Shown piece by piece: positions 38,111 through 48,277 of a stretch of 64,000 nt of DNA. Where the stretch lies: the IMG/VR virus record IMGVR_UViG_3300017782_000009; one strand, written 5' to 3'. Both the position numbers and the translations under genes were made by a program. Each line of letters opens with the position of its first letter. Position 1 is the stretch's first letter. The stretch comes from an uncultured virus (IMG/VR IMGVR_UViG_3300017782_000009). Lineage: Duplodnaviria; Heunggongvirae; Uroviricota; Caudoviricetes. The notes below the pieces were generated by a model that worked only from the letters and a program-made list of their open reading frames with translations, was not told where the DNA came from and did no database searches.

Positions 38111-41100
38111 ATGGCATTAACATCACCAGGAGTACAGGTCAGCGTAATTGACGAGAGCTTTTACACACCAGCTGAACCAGGTACCGTACCAATGATATTC
38201 GTTGCTTCCGCCCAGGATAAACTGAATGGCGCAGGCACGGGGACAGCAGCAGGAACAACTAAGGCAAACGCAGGTAAGCCATACTTACTTACTTCGCAAC
38301 GCGACCTTACTGAAACCTTTGGCGACCCAACTTTTATAACAGATTCTAATAACAATCCAGTACACGCAGGAGAACTTAACGAGTACGGATTACAAGCAGC
38401 TTATTCAATGCTTGGTGTTAGCAACAGAGCATATGTTGTTCGTGCAGACATCGACCTTAATGAATTAAAAGCATCAGCAACAGCACCAGCGGCTGCACCA
38501 GCAGACGGAACAAGTTGGTTTGATACACAAACTTCAACTTTTGGTATATTTGAATGGAATTCAAATTCAGCTACTACAACAGGCGGACAAACTTTTAGTA
38601 ATAAAGTTCCAACTGTTATCACTGATGTAACTAAACTAGTTGGCAATAGTGCAACTGGAAATCCAAAAACATCAGTTGGCCAAATTGGTGATTATGTAGT
38701 TGTTGCAACTACAACAGTAAATAAGTTGTTTTACAAAAATTCAAGCGGTGCATGGGTACAAGTTGGAAGTGCAGCTTGGAAAGGCAGTCACGCTACAGTA
38801 AAAAGTTCTTCAGCTGTTGCTAGTGTTGCTTCAGGCGTAACAATGACAATTAACAGTGTTACTGTTACATCAAGCGGAACAGCGTTAACAGATGTAGTAA
38901 ACGATATTAACGGTTTATCAATTGCAGGCGTTACAGCGGCAGTAGTAGATAGCCAATTAGAGCTTTATAATACAGGTGCTTCAACAGCAACTATTATTAT
39001 TGCAGAAGGAACAGGACTTGCAGACGATGTTAAGATTCCAGCAGGAACTTATGCAATTCCAGCATTAACAACTGCTCCACATACAAGCGTACCAGAGTAT
39101 AAGTCAACTGATACAACTCCAAGACCATCAGGAAGTATTTGGTTTAAAACTACTGAACCTAATTTAGGTGCTCGTATTAGAGTTAAACAGTATGCTACTG
39201 GAACTGGCACATGGACACAAGTTGGTGCTCCAATTTATGCTAATAACCAATCAGCATTATACGCACTAGACAAAAGCGGTGGCGGTGCTAACTTAGCAGC
39301 AGGTTCATTGTATGTACAAACTAACGTAGCTGAAGAATCAGTTAACTTAGCAACTTTTAAAATATTTGAAAGAGCAGCATCAGGTGCAACTGTTATAACA
39401 AGTTCAGCTGTAGCAGCTCAACTTTCAGCACAGAGTTATGCTTTTGATATTCAAGAAACTTTAGCAAATAACGGTGCATTACAGTCAGCAAAAACTGTAT
39501 CATTTACAGCAACAGGTGCTACAAGTGACGCAGATGTATTAGCAGGTGCTATTAACAGTGCAGGATTTACTAACATTGTTGCAACTGTTGACACTGCTAA
39601 CAAAGTTTCAATTAAACACACATTAGGTGGAGACTTCCGTATTACTGATACAGGAGGTGCATTAGCACTTATTGGATATTCAGCTTATGTAGATGCAAAT
39701 TCAGGAACACCTAATTTATATGCTGCTCCAGCAGGCGACACAGTAAATGATTTTGTTGCTTCAAACTGGAAAGTATTAGCATATACAGCAGGCGAAGATG
39801 CTCCAACAGCATTAACAGCAGATGGCACACTTTGGTACAATTCAATTGTAGACGAAGTTGACCTTATGATTCACAATGGTACTACTTGGGTAGGTTACTT
39901 AGATTCAACAAGTCCGTTTTATGCGGCTACTGATGGTGACAAGACTGATCCAAATGGACCGCAAGTTTCAGCTTCTGAGCCAACATTACAGTCAGACGGT
40001 ACAGCACTTAAAAATGGAGACATTTGGGTCAGCACAGCAGACTTAGAAAACTATCCGTTAATTTACAAATATAACGGTTCTACATTAAAGTGGGTATTAC
40101 TAGATAAAGGCGATCAAACTACTGAAGACGGTGTACTATTTGGTGACGCTCGTTATAACACAGCAGGATCAAACAGTGCAGCAGCAGGTGAGATTAAAGA
40201 CCTATTATCAAGCAACTTCTTAGACGCAGATGCTCCAGACCCAGCACTTTATCCAAAAGGAATGCTATTATGGAACACAAGACGTTCAGGATTTAATGTT
40301 AAGAAATTTGTTAGAAACTATGTTGATACATCATTAGACAATGGACGTTTTGGTGATGAGTCAATGAGTTCTTACTACACACACCGTTGGGTAACTGAAT
40401 CAGCTAACCAAGATGACGGTTCAGGTAGCTTTGGTGCTAAAGCACAACGTAAAGTTGTTGTACAAGCAATGCAAGCAATGGTTAACAGTAATGACGAAAT
40501 TAGAGATGATGAGTCAAGAGTGTTTAACTTAATGGCAACTCCAGGATATCCAGAACTAATTGGAGAAATGATTTCACTAAACAATGATAGAGGCTTAACA
40601 GCATTTATTGTTGGTGATTCACCAGCTAAACTAAAATCCGACGCAACATCTTTAAACGAATGGGGTTCAAATGTTAACCTTGCTGTTGAAGATAATGATG
40701 CAGGACTAGTAAGCAGAGATGAATACTTAGGTGTATTTTATCCATGGGGCTTCTCAAGCGATAACGCAGGTAACAACGTAGTTGTTCCACCAAGTCATAT
40801 GATGCTAAGAACACTTGCATTAAGTGACCAAGTTAGTTATCCTTGGTTTGCACCAGCAGGTACAAGACGTGGTGGTATTACTAACGCTTCAGCAACAGGA
40901 TACATTGATGCAGAAGGCGAATTTGTAAGTGTAGCGTTGAACGAAGGACAACGTGATACACTTTATAGTTTAAGTATTAACCCAATTACGTTTATTACAG
41001 GTGCAGGTCTTGTTAACTTTGGTCAAAAGACTCGTGCAAGAGGTGCAAGTTCTTTAGATAGAATTAACGTTGCTAGACTTGTAATATTCTTACGTAGTCA

Positions 41101-41374
41101 ACTTAACAAACTTGCTAAACCATATATCTTTGAGCCAAATGATAAGATCACACGTGATCAAGTCAAACAAGCAGCTGAAAGTTTATGTTTAGAGCTAGTT
41201 GGTTCAAGAGGACTTTATGACTTCTTAGTTGTATGTGACGAAAGTAACAATACACCTAGCAGAATTGACAGAAACGAGCTTTATTTAGATATAGCGATTG
41301 AACCAGTTAAAGCAGTTGAGTTTATATACATTCCACTGAGATTGAAAAATACTGGTGAGATAGCAGGCTTGTAA
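38111..41374 (+). CDS. gp18: Contractile tail sheath protein (1087 aa)
   Basis: 'SPGVQVSVIDES', 'PWFAPAGTRRG', 'DRINVARL', 'FEPND', 'VVCDESNNTP..ID.NEL', 'IEPVKAVEFIYI'; TAAATA at 38072 and AGGAG SD. Confidence 0.95.
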   Translation: MALTSPGVQVSVIDESFYTPAEPGTVPMIFVASAQDKLNGAGTGTAAGTTKANAGKPYLLTSQRDLTETFGDPTFITDSNNNPVHAGELNEYGLQAAYSMLGVSNRAYVVRADIDLNELKASATAPAAAPADGTSWFDTQTSTFGIFEWNSNSATTTGGQTFSNKVPTVITDVTKLVGNSATGNPKTSVGQIGDYVVVATTTVNKLFYKNSSGAWVQVGSAAWKGSHATVKSSSAVASVASGVTMTINSVTVTSSGTALTDVVNDINGLSIAGVTAAVVDSQLELYNTGASTATIIIAEGTGLADDVKIPAGTYAIPALTTAPHTSVPEYKSTDTTPRPSGSIWFKTTEPNLGARIRVKQYATGTGTWTQVGAPIYANNQSALYALDKSGGGANLAAGSLYVQTNVAEESVNLATFKIFERAASGATVITSSAVAAQLSAQSYAFDIQETLANNGALQSAKTVSFTATGATSDADVLAGAINSAGFTNIVATVDTANKVSIKHTLGGDFRITDTGGALALIGYSAYVDANSGTPNLYAAPAGDTVNDFVASNWKVLAYTAGEDAPTALTADGTLWYNSIVDEVDLMIHNGTTWVGYLDSTSPFYAATDGDKTDPNGPQVSASEPTLQSDGTALKNGDIWVSTADLENYPLIYKYNGSTLKWVLLDKGDQTTEDGVLFGDARYNTAGSNSAAAGEIKDLLSSNFLDADAPDPALYPKGMLLWNTRRSGFNVKKFVRNYVDTSLDNGRFGDESMSSYYTHRWVTESANQDDGSGSFGAKAQRKVVVQAMQAMVNSNDEIRDDESRVFNLMATPGYPELIGEMISLNNDRGLTAFIVGDSPAKLKSDATSLNEWGSNVNLAVEDNDAGLVSRDEYLGVFYPWGFSSDNAGNNVVVPPSHMMLRTLALSDQVSYPWFAPAGTRRGGITNASATGYIDAEGEFVSVALNEGQRDTLYSLSINPITFITGAGLVNFGQKTRARGASSLDRINVARLVIFLRSQLNKLAKPYIFEPNDKITRDQVKQAAESLCLELVGSRGLYDFLVVCDESNNTPSRIDRNELYLDIAIEPVKAVEFIYIPLRLKNTGEIAGL

Positions 41375-41409
41375 AAATGATAAATAATATTATAACAGGA
41401 GCAAATTAA

Positions 41410-42048
41410 ATGGCTATTTCATCACTATCAAAAATTACAGTTCCACTAGCAAGTGATAACAGTTCTTCCAACCAAGGACTGTTAATGCCAAAACTTCAAT
41501 ATCGCTTTAGAGTGAGCTTGGAGAACTTTGGTGTAAGTGCAGGGGAAGTTACAGAGTTAACAAAACAAGTTGTTGATGTTACTAGACCAAACGTTAGCTT
41601 CGAAACTATGACGATTGACGTTTACAACTCAAGAGTATACCTAGCAGGTAAACATACTTGGGAAGCTATTACATTGAACTTAAGAGACGATGCAACAGGT
41701 GCTGTTCAAAAATTAGTCGGCGAACAACTACAGAAGCAATTCGACTTTATGGAGCAATCAAGTGCTGCAAGCGGAATTGATTATAAGTTCGTAACTAGGA
41801 TCGAAGTACTAGACGGTGGTAACGGTAACTTTGAACCGACTGTGTTAGAAACTTTTGAAGTATACGGTTGTTATTTAGAAAGTGCAAACTATAACACATT
41901 AGCATACAGTGCTAATGAGCCAGTTACAGTTTCACTAGCTATCAAATACGATAACGCTATACAGACTCAAGGCGCTAGCGGAGGCGGTGTTGGTACTGCT
42001 ATTGGCAGATCAGTTGCAGCTATTGCATCTACAACTGGCGTAAGCTAA
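41410..42048 (+). CDS. gp19: Tail tube protein
   Basis: Follows the sheath gene; 'PKLQYRFRV', 'YLAGKHTWE.IT..LRDD', 'YGCYL'; TAAATA at 41381. Confidence 0.85.
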   Translation: MAISSLSKITVPLASDNSSSNQGLLMPKLQYRFRVSLENFGVSAGEVTELTKQVVDVTRPNVSFETMTIDVYNSRVYLAGKHTWEAITLNLRDDATGAVQKLVGEQLQKQFDFMEQSSAASGIDYKFVTRIEVLDGGNGNFEPTVLETFEVYGCYLESANYNTLAYSANEPVTVSLAIKYDNAIQTQGASGGGVGTAIGRSVAAIASTTGVS

Positions 42049-42075
42049 GAGTAATTGTAATTAAAATCTTTGAAG

Positions 42076-42104
42076 AAGGGATCTTTTATAGGTCCCTTTT
42101 TTTT
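42076..42104 (+). terminator. Intrinsic terminator
   Basis: AAGGGATCT-TTTAT-AGGTCCCTT followed by a T run, after the tube gene. Confidence 0.8.
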
Positions 42105-42139
42105 ATCTACGCATATAATTCACTTGGATAAATATTAGT

Positions 42140-43534
42140 ATGAGCAAGTTTGGCGGATTTCTAGATAATTTAGTAAGTGGGGCTTTAAACCCTAAAGGTG
42201 ACATGGCGGACTACCGTCATGCTTCTCGACTATACACAGATGATAACTTTAGGTTAGCACCTAAAACTAAGTTTCTGTATCATGTTTCATTTAATTTAAA
42301 TGAAGAAGTAATTAAAAAGGTTCGTCCTAACTTTGATAAAAAGCATGGCTTAGAAGTTAACATGCTAGTCAAAACAGCAGACTTACCAAAGTATAATGTT
42401 ACAACAGAAACTAAAAACAAATACAATCGTAAGAAAAATTTACAAGTTAGATTAGACTATGATCCTATTAACATTACATTTCACGATGACAATATGGGTC
42501 TTACAACATACCTTTGGGAATCGTATTATAGATATTATTTTGTAGACGGCAACTTAGGAAGTTTAGATGCTGCAGGTAAACCTAATCAAACATCAACAGG
42601 GTTTATGCCACATAACACATATGAAGGCAAAGCACTAAATGCATTTAGATACGGATTTGATAATAATTCGTATGCACCGTTCTTTAATAGTATTCAAATA
42701 AGCCAAATGGCTAGACATCAATATGTAACATATACATTAGTTAATCCTATTATTAGTAGTTTCCAACATGATACAATGGATCAGTCCGCAGGTGGCGAAA
42801 CTTCACAAAATACAATGCAAATATTATATGAATCAGTATTCTATAGTACAGGTGCTGTTGAAGAAGGTAATGCTCCTGTAGGATTTGGTACAGAACATTA
42901 TGATACATCTCCAAGTCCAATTAGTATTGCAGGCGGCGGAGCTGCTAGTCTACTTGGCGCAGGCGGAGTATTAGCAGGTGGCGCAAGTGTGTTTAGTGAT
43001 CTTAGTAGCGGTAATGTTGGATTAGGAACATTAATCAAAGCAACAAATACAATTAAAAATGCTAAAAAATTAACTAAAGAAGGTGTACGTAACGAAGGAT
43101 ACAGTGTATTAGGTAAATCATTAACAGCGGCAACTGGAGCAAATGTAAGCGGATTAGCAAATTCTAGTTTTCCAAAGAGTGGTGGAACAGGACAGAATAA
43201 CGCTACAGAAGCAATACCGTTAGTAACATCTAAAGAAAATAAACAGTTATCTAATGTAGAAATACAAAATGAATTAGAGGACACACCAATCTTAAAAGAT
43301 GCTGTAGCAAAACAATTAGTTGCTACCGGAGTAGTAGCATCAACAGTAGCAGGGCTTTCAGTGGGTAATGCAGTTGGACTAAGTGTTTATGAAACATTAA
43401 CAGTTCAAGAGAAAAATGCAATCAAAGAAGAAGTTGACGAAAAAATTGCTGAGGGAGATCCTAAGGTTCTTTCTGTTAGTAATAAAATAGTATCTTCTTA
43501 TAGAGAATCACAAGGAATAATATCTAATGTCTAG
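42140..43534 (+). CDS. Baseplate/tail-tube initiator-like protein (gp48/gp54-type tube paralogue)
   Basis: 'PKTKFLYHV.F', 'LVKTADLPKY', 'YDPINITFHDD', 'YTLVNPIISSFQHD'; directly after the tube gene. Confidence 0.6.
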   Translation: MSKFGGFLDNLVSGALNPKGDMADYRHASRLYTDDNFRLAPKTKFLYHVSFNLNEEVIKKVRPNFDKKHGLEVNMLVKTADLPKYNVTTETKNKYNRKKNLQVRLDYDPINITFHDDNMGLTTYLWESYYRYYFVDGNLGSLDAAGKPNQTSTGFMPHNTYEGKALNAFRYGFDNNSYAPFFNSIQISQMARHQYVTYTLVNPIISSFQHDTMDQSAGGETSQNTMQILYESVFYSTGAVEEGNAPVGFGTEHYDTSPSPISIAGGGAASLLGAGGVLAGGASVFSDLSSGNVGLGTLIKATNTIKNAKKLTKEGVRNEGYSVLGKSLTAATGANVSGLANSSFPKSGGTGQNNATEAIPLVTSKENKQLSNVEIQNELEDTPILKDAVAKQLVATGVVASTVAGLSVGNAVGLSVYETLTVQEKNAIKEEVDEKIAEGDPKVLSVSNKIVSSYRESQGIISNV

Positions 43535-43892
43535 TAACATACCAGTACAATCAAATGACTCTGCAGACGGAACTAAAAAGTTCTTTGACCAATATTTTAC
43601 AGAAGCAATATCATATCCTAGCAATCAAGTCGATGCTGTTATTGGGTTTTTTGAAAATAAAGGTTTTGAAAAACTAGCGGCTAGAAGTACAGCAACAGTT
43701 ATATTACAACAAGCTAAAATTGATAATGTTAATGTATTTGAAATAATTGACACACTTAAAGGGTTAACAAAAATTCAATTAAGCGAAATAGTTGCTGAAA
43801 TATTAAACTATGACCGAAACAAAGTAAGTACACTTGGTTTCAGATCAACGTCAGTTTCGGAAAAGTTAGAACGAAGAAACATTGTAGAGTAA
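43527..43892 (+). CDS. Hypothetical protein
   Basis: 121 aa with AAGGA SD, within the structural operon. Confidence 0.6.
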   Translation: MSSNIPVQSNDSADGTKKFFDQYFTEAISYPSNQVDAVIGFFENKGFEKLAARSTATVILQQAKIDNVNVFEIIDTLKGLTKIQLSEIVAEILNYDRNKVSTLGFRSTSVSEKLERRNIVE

Positions 43893-43896
43893 CATT

Positions 43897-44334
43897 ATGG
43901 GCCGTTTTGCACAAGGCAAGTTTACTCCAAAATATCCAGAGAAGTATGTAGGAAACAAAACTCCTACTTATAGAAGTAGTTGGGAATTTGCTTTTATGAA
44001 ATTCTGCGATGAGCATTCAAGTGTTGAAAAATGGGCTAGTGAAGCCATTAAAATTCCTTATAGAAATCCACTAACAGGTAAACACACAATATATGTTCCG
44101 GACTTTTTTATAGTGTATACTGGTAGAAAAGGTGGACAACAAGTTGAACTAATAGAAGTTAAACCCGAAAATCAAACTGTATTTGAAAAATTAGGTCGTA
44201 GTCGTCATAACCAAGCTGCTTGGATAGTTAATCAAGCAAAATGGGAAGCTGCTAGTAAGTGGTGTAAAGGTAAAGGTATACGTTTTAGAATAATCTCTGA
44301 AAAGGATATTTTCCACAGTGGCAAAAGACGATAA
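43897..44334 (+). CDS. gp4: Head completion nuclease (T4 gp4-like, TnsA-type)
   Basis: 'KYVG...YRSSWE..FM..CD', 'WASE..IPY', 'YVPDF', 'IEVKP', 'NQAKWEAA'. Confidence 0.85.
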   Translation: MGRFAQGKFTPKYPEKYVGNKTPTYRSSWEFAFMKFCDEHSSVEKWASEAIKIPYRNPLTGKHTIYVPDFFIVYTGRKGGQQVELIEVKPENQTVFEKLGRSRHNQAAWIVNQAKWEAASKWCKGKGIRFRIISEKDIFHSGKRR

Positions 44335-44363
44335 ATAATAGTAGCATATAATGGAAAGATCCA

Positions 44364-44855
44364 ATGACTAAAAAATTAGAAGACTTATTAAATTTGCCAG
44401 ATTCAAAAGAAATTATTGATGATGCAAAAAAGCAAAAGGCAAAGACAGCGGTTGTTGAACAACAAGAAACATTCCGTGATATAGCAGAGTTTGATAAAAT
44501 TGCTAGTGCATTGCCTGCCGTAAAAGGCTTAGGTGAAAAAGCAGATACTGAATTAAATGATATTGCAGATCGTGCATTAACAGCATATGAGGACTTAATG
44601 GATCTTGGCATGAATGTTGAATCACGCTATAGTGGTCGTGTATTTGAAGTAGCAGGCGGAATGCTTAAGACAGGATTAGATGCTAAAGTAGCAAAACTTA
44701 ATAATAAGTTGAAAATGGTTGAATTACAACTTAAAAAAGAAAAACAAGATAAAGATACCTTAGATACAGGCGATGTAGTTAATGGTGAAGGCTTTGTTGT
44801 AACTGATAGGAACAGCCTACTAGAACGCCTAAAAGGCATTGATAAGGATAAATAA
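44364..44855 (+). CDS. Putative terminase small subunit
   Basis: Helical 163-aa protein with 'RVFEVAGGMLKT'; size and position upstream of terL; TAAATA at 44332. Confidence 0.5.
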   Translation: MTKKLEDLLNLPDSKEIIDDAKKQKAKTAVVEQQETFRDIAEFDKIASALPAVKGLGEKADTELNDIADRALTAYEDLMDLGMNVESRYSGRVFEVAGGMLKTGLDAKVAKLNNKLKMVELQLKKEKQDKDTLDTGDVVNGEGFVVTDRNSLLERLKGIDKDK

Positions 44856-44875
44856 TATATAAGATAGGAAATACT

Positions 44876-45439
44876 ATGATGAAATCTTTTACAGAATTTT
44901 TAACAGAATCAAAAAAAACATATCCTTTTAAAATAGGAGTAGCAGGTACATTACCCGAAGGCTTTGTAGACTCTATGGAAACAGCATTAAAGAAATATGA
45001 TGTTGTAAATATGTCAGCAGGCAAGAAAACTCCAATTCAAGAAAGACCATTAGATTTTCCGCAACTACAAAATACAGAAGTAACATATTTTGAAGTTGAA
45101 TTAAACTATCCAACAACAGTACAAGTATTGCAAGAATACTTAGCAAAGTGTTGTGGCATAGACCAAGGTCATTTTATTGTTCGCAATCCAAACGAGCCAC
45201 AAGAAGAATACCAACAACCTAAACCAGAAGGCGAATATGAGCCAATCTTAACACAAGAAGATATGGGCGGCCCATCTGCTCAAAATGAAGTTGCAGGTAA
45301 TAGAGTAATGGACTTACTTAAAGAACTTGAAGTTGCACGTAAAGAGCGTGACATGGATCCTACAGAGTCAGCACAAACTGGCGAAATAGTAAAAGACGTA
45401 GAACAAAAAGAAAACGCTAAAAGCGTAATAGGGAGTTAA
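44876..45439 (+). CDS. Hypothetical, probable head-associated protein
   Basis: Starts 'MKSFTEFLTES', an N-terminus typical of T4-like prohead-processed proteins; TAAATA at 44849. Confidence 0.6.
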   Translation: MMKSFTEFLTESKKTYPFKIGVAGTLPEGFVDSMETALKKYDVVNMSAGKKTPIQERPLDFPQLQNTEVTYFEVELNYPTTVQVLQEYLAKCCGIDQGHFIVRNPNEPQEEYQQPKPEGEYEPILTQEDMGGPSAQNEVAGNRVMDLLKELEVARKERDMDPTESAQTGEIVKDVEQKENAKSVIGS

Positions 45440-45441
45440 AA

Positions 45442-46263
45442 ATGGATTTAAAAGATCTAATTCAAAAAATGGACAACATTGAATCAACCCAAGAGTTGAA
45501 CGAATCAGTTGTAAATGAAATGGGATATCCGGAAAATCCAGGTGCCCCTGTAAGTATGAACATAAGTTTAAATGCAAGCGGCAAAGAACATGTTGCTGAC
45601 TTGATCGACATGATGAAAAATGCAGGTATTGGTGAAGTTGAAGGTGATTCAGAAGCATCAGGACCAATGCGTGGCGACATGGAAAAATTTAGAAGTATGA
45701 TTGACGAACCACATGATGGAAAAGGTCATGAACACTTTGGTACAGATAAAGACATTGATGATCCAGAAGAGCCAGGTAAAGATGAAGTACCAGGCGATGA
45801 TGATTCAGAAGAAGGATTTCTAGGTACTGTTGCAGGTGGCGTAGCAGGCGGAATGCTTGGCGGACCATTAGGAGCATTGACAGGTGCAGCGGCAGGTGAT
45901 TCGTTAACAGATGACGAAGCAACTGAAGGCTGGGACAATGAGCCAGATGAAGAATACAGAGATCACAAATACATGACTAAAGATTTATCCGGCGGCATTA
46001 ATAGAGAAAAGCCAAAAGGTGCAATCCGTGCAAAAGATCCAGCAATACATCAAACAGTTGAAACCACTAGTGTAAAAGAGCAGCTTTGGGCAGCATTAAA
46101 CGAAAAGATGGCAGCCGAAGGACGTGGACGTGGCAAAAAGAAAAAAGTAATGGCTAGCAGAGGCCGTGGCAAGACTGAAGATATTAAAGAAATGGATTGT
46201 CCAGAATGTGGCAAACCAGGCAAAAAGAAATTAATGGCATGTGCATCATGCGGTTGTAAGTAA
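45442..46263 (+). CDS. Acidic hypothetical protein with glycine zipper, RGRG motifs and C-terminal CxxC...CxxC
   Basis: GGGAG SD; composition read from the translation. Confidence 0.6.
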   Translation: MDLKDLIQKMDNIESTQELNESVVNEMGYPENPGAPVSMNISLNASGKEHVADLIDMMKNAGIGEVEGDSEASGPMRGDMEKFRSMIDEPHDGKGHEHFGTDKDIDDPEEPGKDEVPGDDDSEEGFLGTVAGGVAGGMLGGPLGALTGAAAGDSLTDDEATEGWDNEPDEEYRDHKYMTKDLSGGINREKPKGAIRAKDPAIHQTVETTSVKEQLWAALNEKMAAEGRGRGKKKKVMASRGRGKTEDIKEMDCPECGKPGKKKLMACASCGCK

Positions 46264-46290
46264 CAACTTTATTAAATTTTAATAAATCCA

Positions 46291-46317
46291 AATAGGCTCT
46301 TAGGAGCCTATTTTTTT
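46291..46317 (+). terminator. Intrinsic terminator
   Basis: AATAGGCTC-TTAG-GAGCCTATT followed by a T run. Confidence 0.85.
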
Positions 46318-46331
46318 CTGTAAATACTTTT

Positions 46332-46670
46332 ATGACAGATTGGACCAAGTATTTTGAACACATAAAGCCTGTGTGCCCGTGGAGCGGAGCGGCATGGAAA
46401 AAGGGCGAAATAAAAGTAAGATACTGGAACGGTGAAATAGAAGAACTAGATAATAATCAAGCCATCATATATATTTGTAAAGGATATAATCGTAGGCGTC
46501 TTAAAAAACTTTGTAAAAAAGTTGATGTAAGCGAGAAGTATGAATGGTTATGGAGCGAACCTACACACGGTGATTATGCTTCTCCAGTTCCTATACTAAT
46601 ACAACAAGACAAACGCAAACTGTTTGATTTAAGATTCGATACAGGCTACTATGACGATATAATTGGTTAA
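46332..46670 (+). CDS. Hypothetical protein
   Basis: 112 aa, TAAATA-N5-ATG, 'VCPWS' motif. Confidence 0.6.
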   Translation: MTDWTKYFEHIKPVCPWSGAAWKKGEIKVRYWNGEIEELDNNQAIIYICKGYNRRRLKKLCKKVDVSEKYEWLWSEPTHGDYASPVPILIQQDKRKLFDLRFDTGYYDDIIG

Positions 46671-46678
46671 ATACTACT

Positions 46679-48259
46679 ATGAGTAAGAGTTTAGATGGTG
46701 TCCTCACCAAAAAAGCAAATCAAAAAGAAACGTTCAACGAAGAACAGATACAAGACCTGCAGGCATGCATGGACCCTGATGATGGGTATATGTACTTTGC
46801 ACGTAAGTTTGCGTACATACAGCATCCTGTAAAAGGTAAACTTTTATTTGATCCTTACGAATATCAACTTCGCTTAATGGATTCATATCATAGTTATAGA
46901 TTTAATATTAATATGATGCCAAGACAAACAGGTAAGACTACTTGTGCGGCTATCTATCTTGCATGGTATGCAATGTTTGTACCTGATCAGACTATACTAA
47001 TTGCGGCCCACAAATATACAGGTGCTCAAGAGATTATGGCACGTATACGTTACATATATGAAACGTGCGAAGATCACATACGTGCAGGTGTTACCTCATA
47101 CAACAAAGGCTCAATTGAATTTGAAAACGGTAGTAGAATTGTAAGCCAAACAACTACTGGAAATACTGGACGTGGTATGTCCATATCATTACTATACTGT
47201 GACGAGTTTGCATTTGTGCAACCTAATATTGCAGAAGAATTTTGGACTTCAATATCACCTACACTAGCAACAGGTGGTCGTGCTATTATTACAAGTACAC
47301 CAAATAGTGATGAAGATACATTTGCTACTATTTGGAAACAAGCAGAAGATAAATTTGATTCACACGGTAACGAACAAGATGTAGGCATAAACGGCTTTCA
47401 TAGTTTTGTTGCAGAATGGCAAGAACATCCAGATAGAGACGAAGAATGGAAAGAAGCAGAAATTGGACGTATTGGCGAAGAAAAGTTTAGACGTGAATAC
47501 GGCTGTGAATTCTTAGTATTTGATGAAACACTTATTAACAGTATATACTTGGCAAACATGGAAGGTCAAAGTCCAATACTAAACATGGGTCAAACACGAT
47601 GGTACAGTAAGCCATCACCAGATTTTACATATGCAGTTGCACTTGATCCTAGTATGGGTACAGGTGGCGACAATGCAGCTATTGAAGTATATGAACTACC
47701 AAGTTATAAACAAGTAGCAGAATGGCAACATAATCAAACAGCAATACCTGGGCAAATTAGAGTACTTGCTGATATTTGTAAGTACATAGAAACTGAAACA
47801 GGAAATACTAATGGCATTTACTGGTCTGTAGAAAATAATGGTATAGGTGAAGCTGCATTACTAGTTATTAACGACTTCGGGGAAGAAAACATACCGGGGT
47901 TATTTGTAAGTGAACCTATGCGTAAAGGTCATGTACGTAAGTTTAGAAAAGGATTTAACACTACACATGGTACAAAGATTACTGCATGTAGTAGGCTAAA
48001 AACTATGGTAGAAGGTGAAAAGATGTCTGTATCTAGTAAACCTCTTATATCAGAACTTAAAAATTATATTGCATCAGGGTCAAGTTATCAGGCAAAACCC
48101 GGAGCATCAGATGACTTAATAAGTGCAACACTTTTAGCAATTAGAATGATGGCTGTACTAAAAGACTGGGATCCAAGAATATATAACACATTTAACCAAG
48201 CAGAAGACCATGAAGATTACGAACCGCCAATGCCAATCTTCATTAGCTCAAACTATTAA
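46679..48259 (+). CDS. gp17: Terminase large subunit
   Basis: YQ motif, Walker A 'MPRQTGKT', Walker B 'LLYCDE', 'ITSTPN'; nuclease 'ALDPSMG', 'VENN', 'DDL'. Confidence 0.95.
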   Translation: MSKSLDGVLTKKANQKETFNEEQIQDLQACMDPDDGYMYFARKFAYIQHPVKGKLLFDPYEYQLRLMDSYHSYRFNINMMPRQTGKTTCAAIYLAWYAMFVPDQTILIAAHKYTGAQEIMARIRYIYETCEDHIRAGVTSYNKGSIEFENGSRIVSQTTTGNTGRGMSISLLYCDEFAFVQPNIAEEFWTSISPTLATGGRAIITSTPNSDEDTFATIWKQAEDKFDSHGNEQDVGINGFHSFVAEWQEHPDRDEEWKEAEIGRIGEEKFRREYGCEFLVFDETLINSIYLANMEGQSPILNMGQTRWYSKPSPDFTYAVALDPSMGTGGDNAAIEVYELPSYKQVAEWQHNQTAIPGQIRVLADICKYIETETGNTNGIYWSVENNGIGEAALLVINDFGEENIPGLFVSEPMRKGHVRKFRKGFNTTHGTKITACSRLKTMVEGEKMSVSSKPLISELKNYIASGSSYQAKPGASDDLISATLLAIRMMAVLKDWDPRIYNTFNQAEDHEDYEPPMPIFISSNY

Positions 48260-48277
48260 AGAGTTGATAAATACAAT

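Noticed and set aside
43897..44334. TnsA-like nuclease as evidence of a Tn7-like transposon
   Set aside because: Motifs and context match the T4 gp4 head-completion family; no transposase or terminal repeats nearby
46679..48259. Intein, intron or split in the terminase (uvsX and uvsW also checked)
   Set aside because: All are continuous, of ordinary length, with motifs normally spaced
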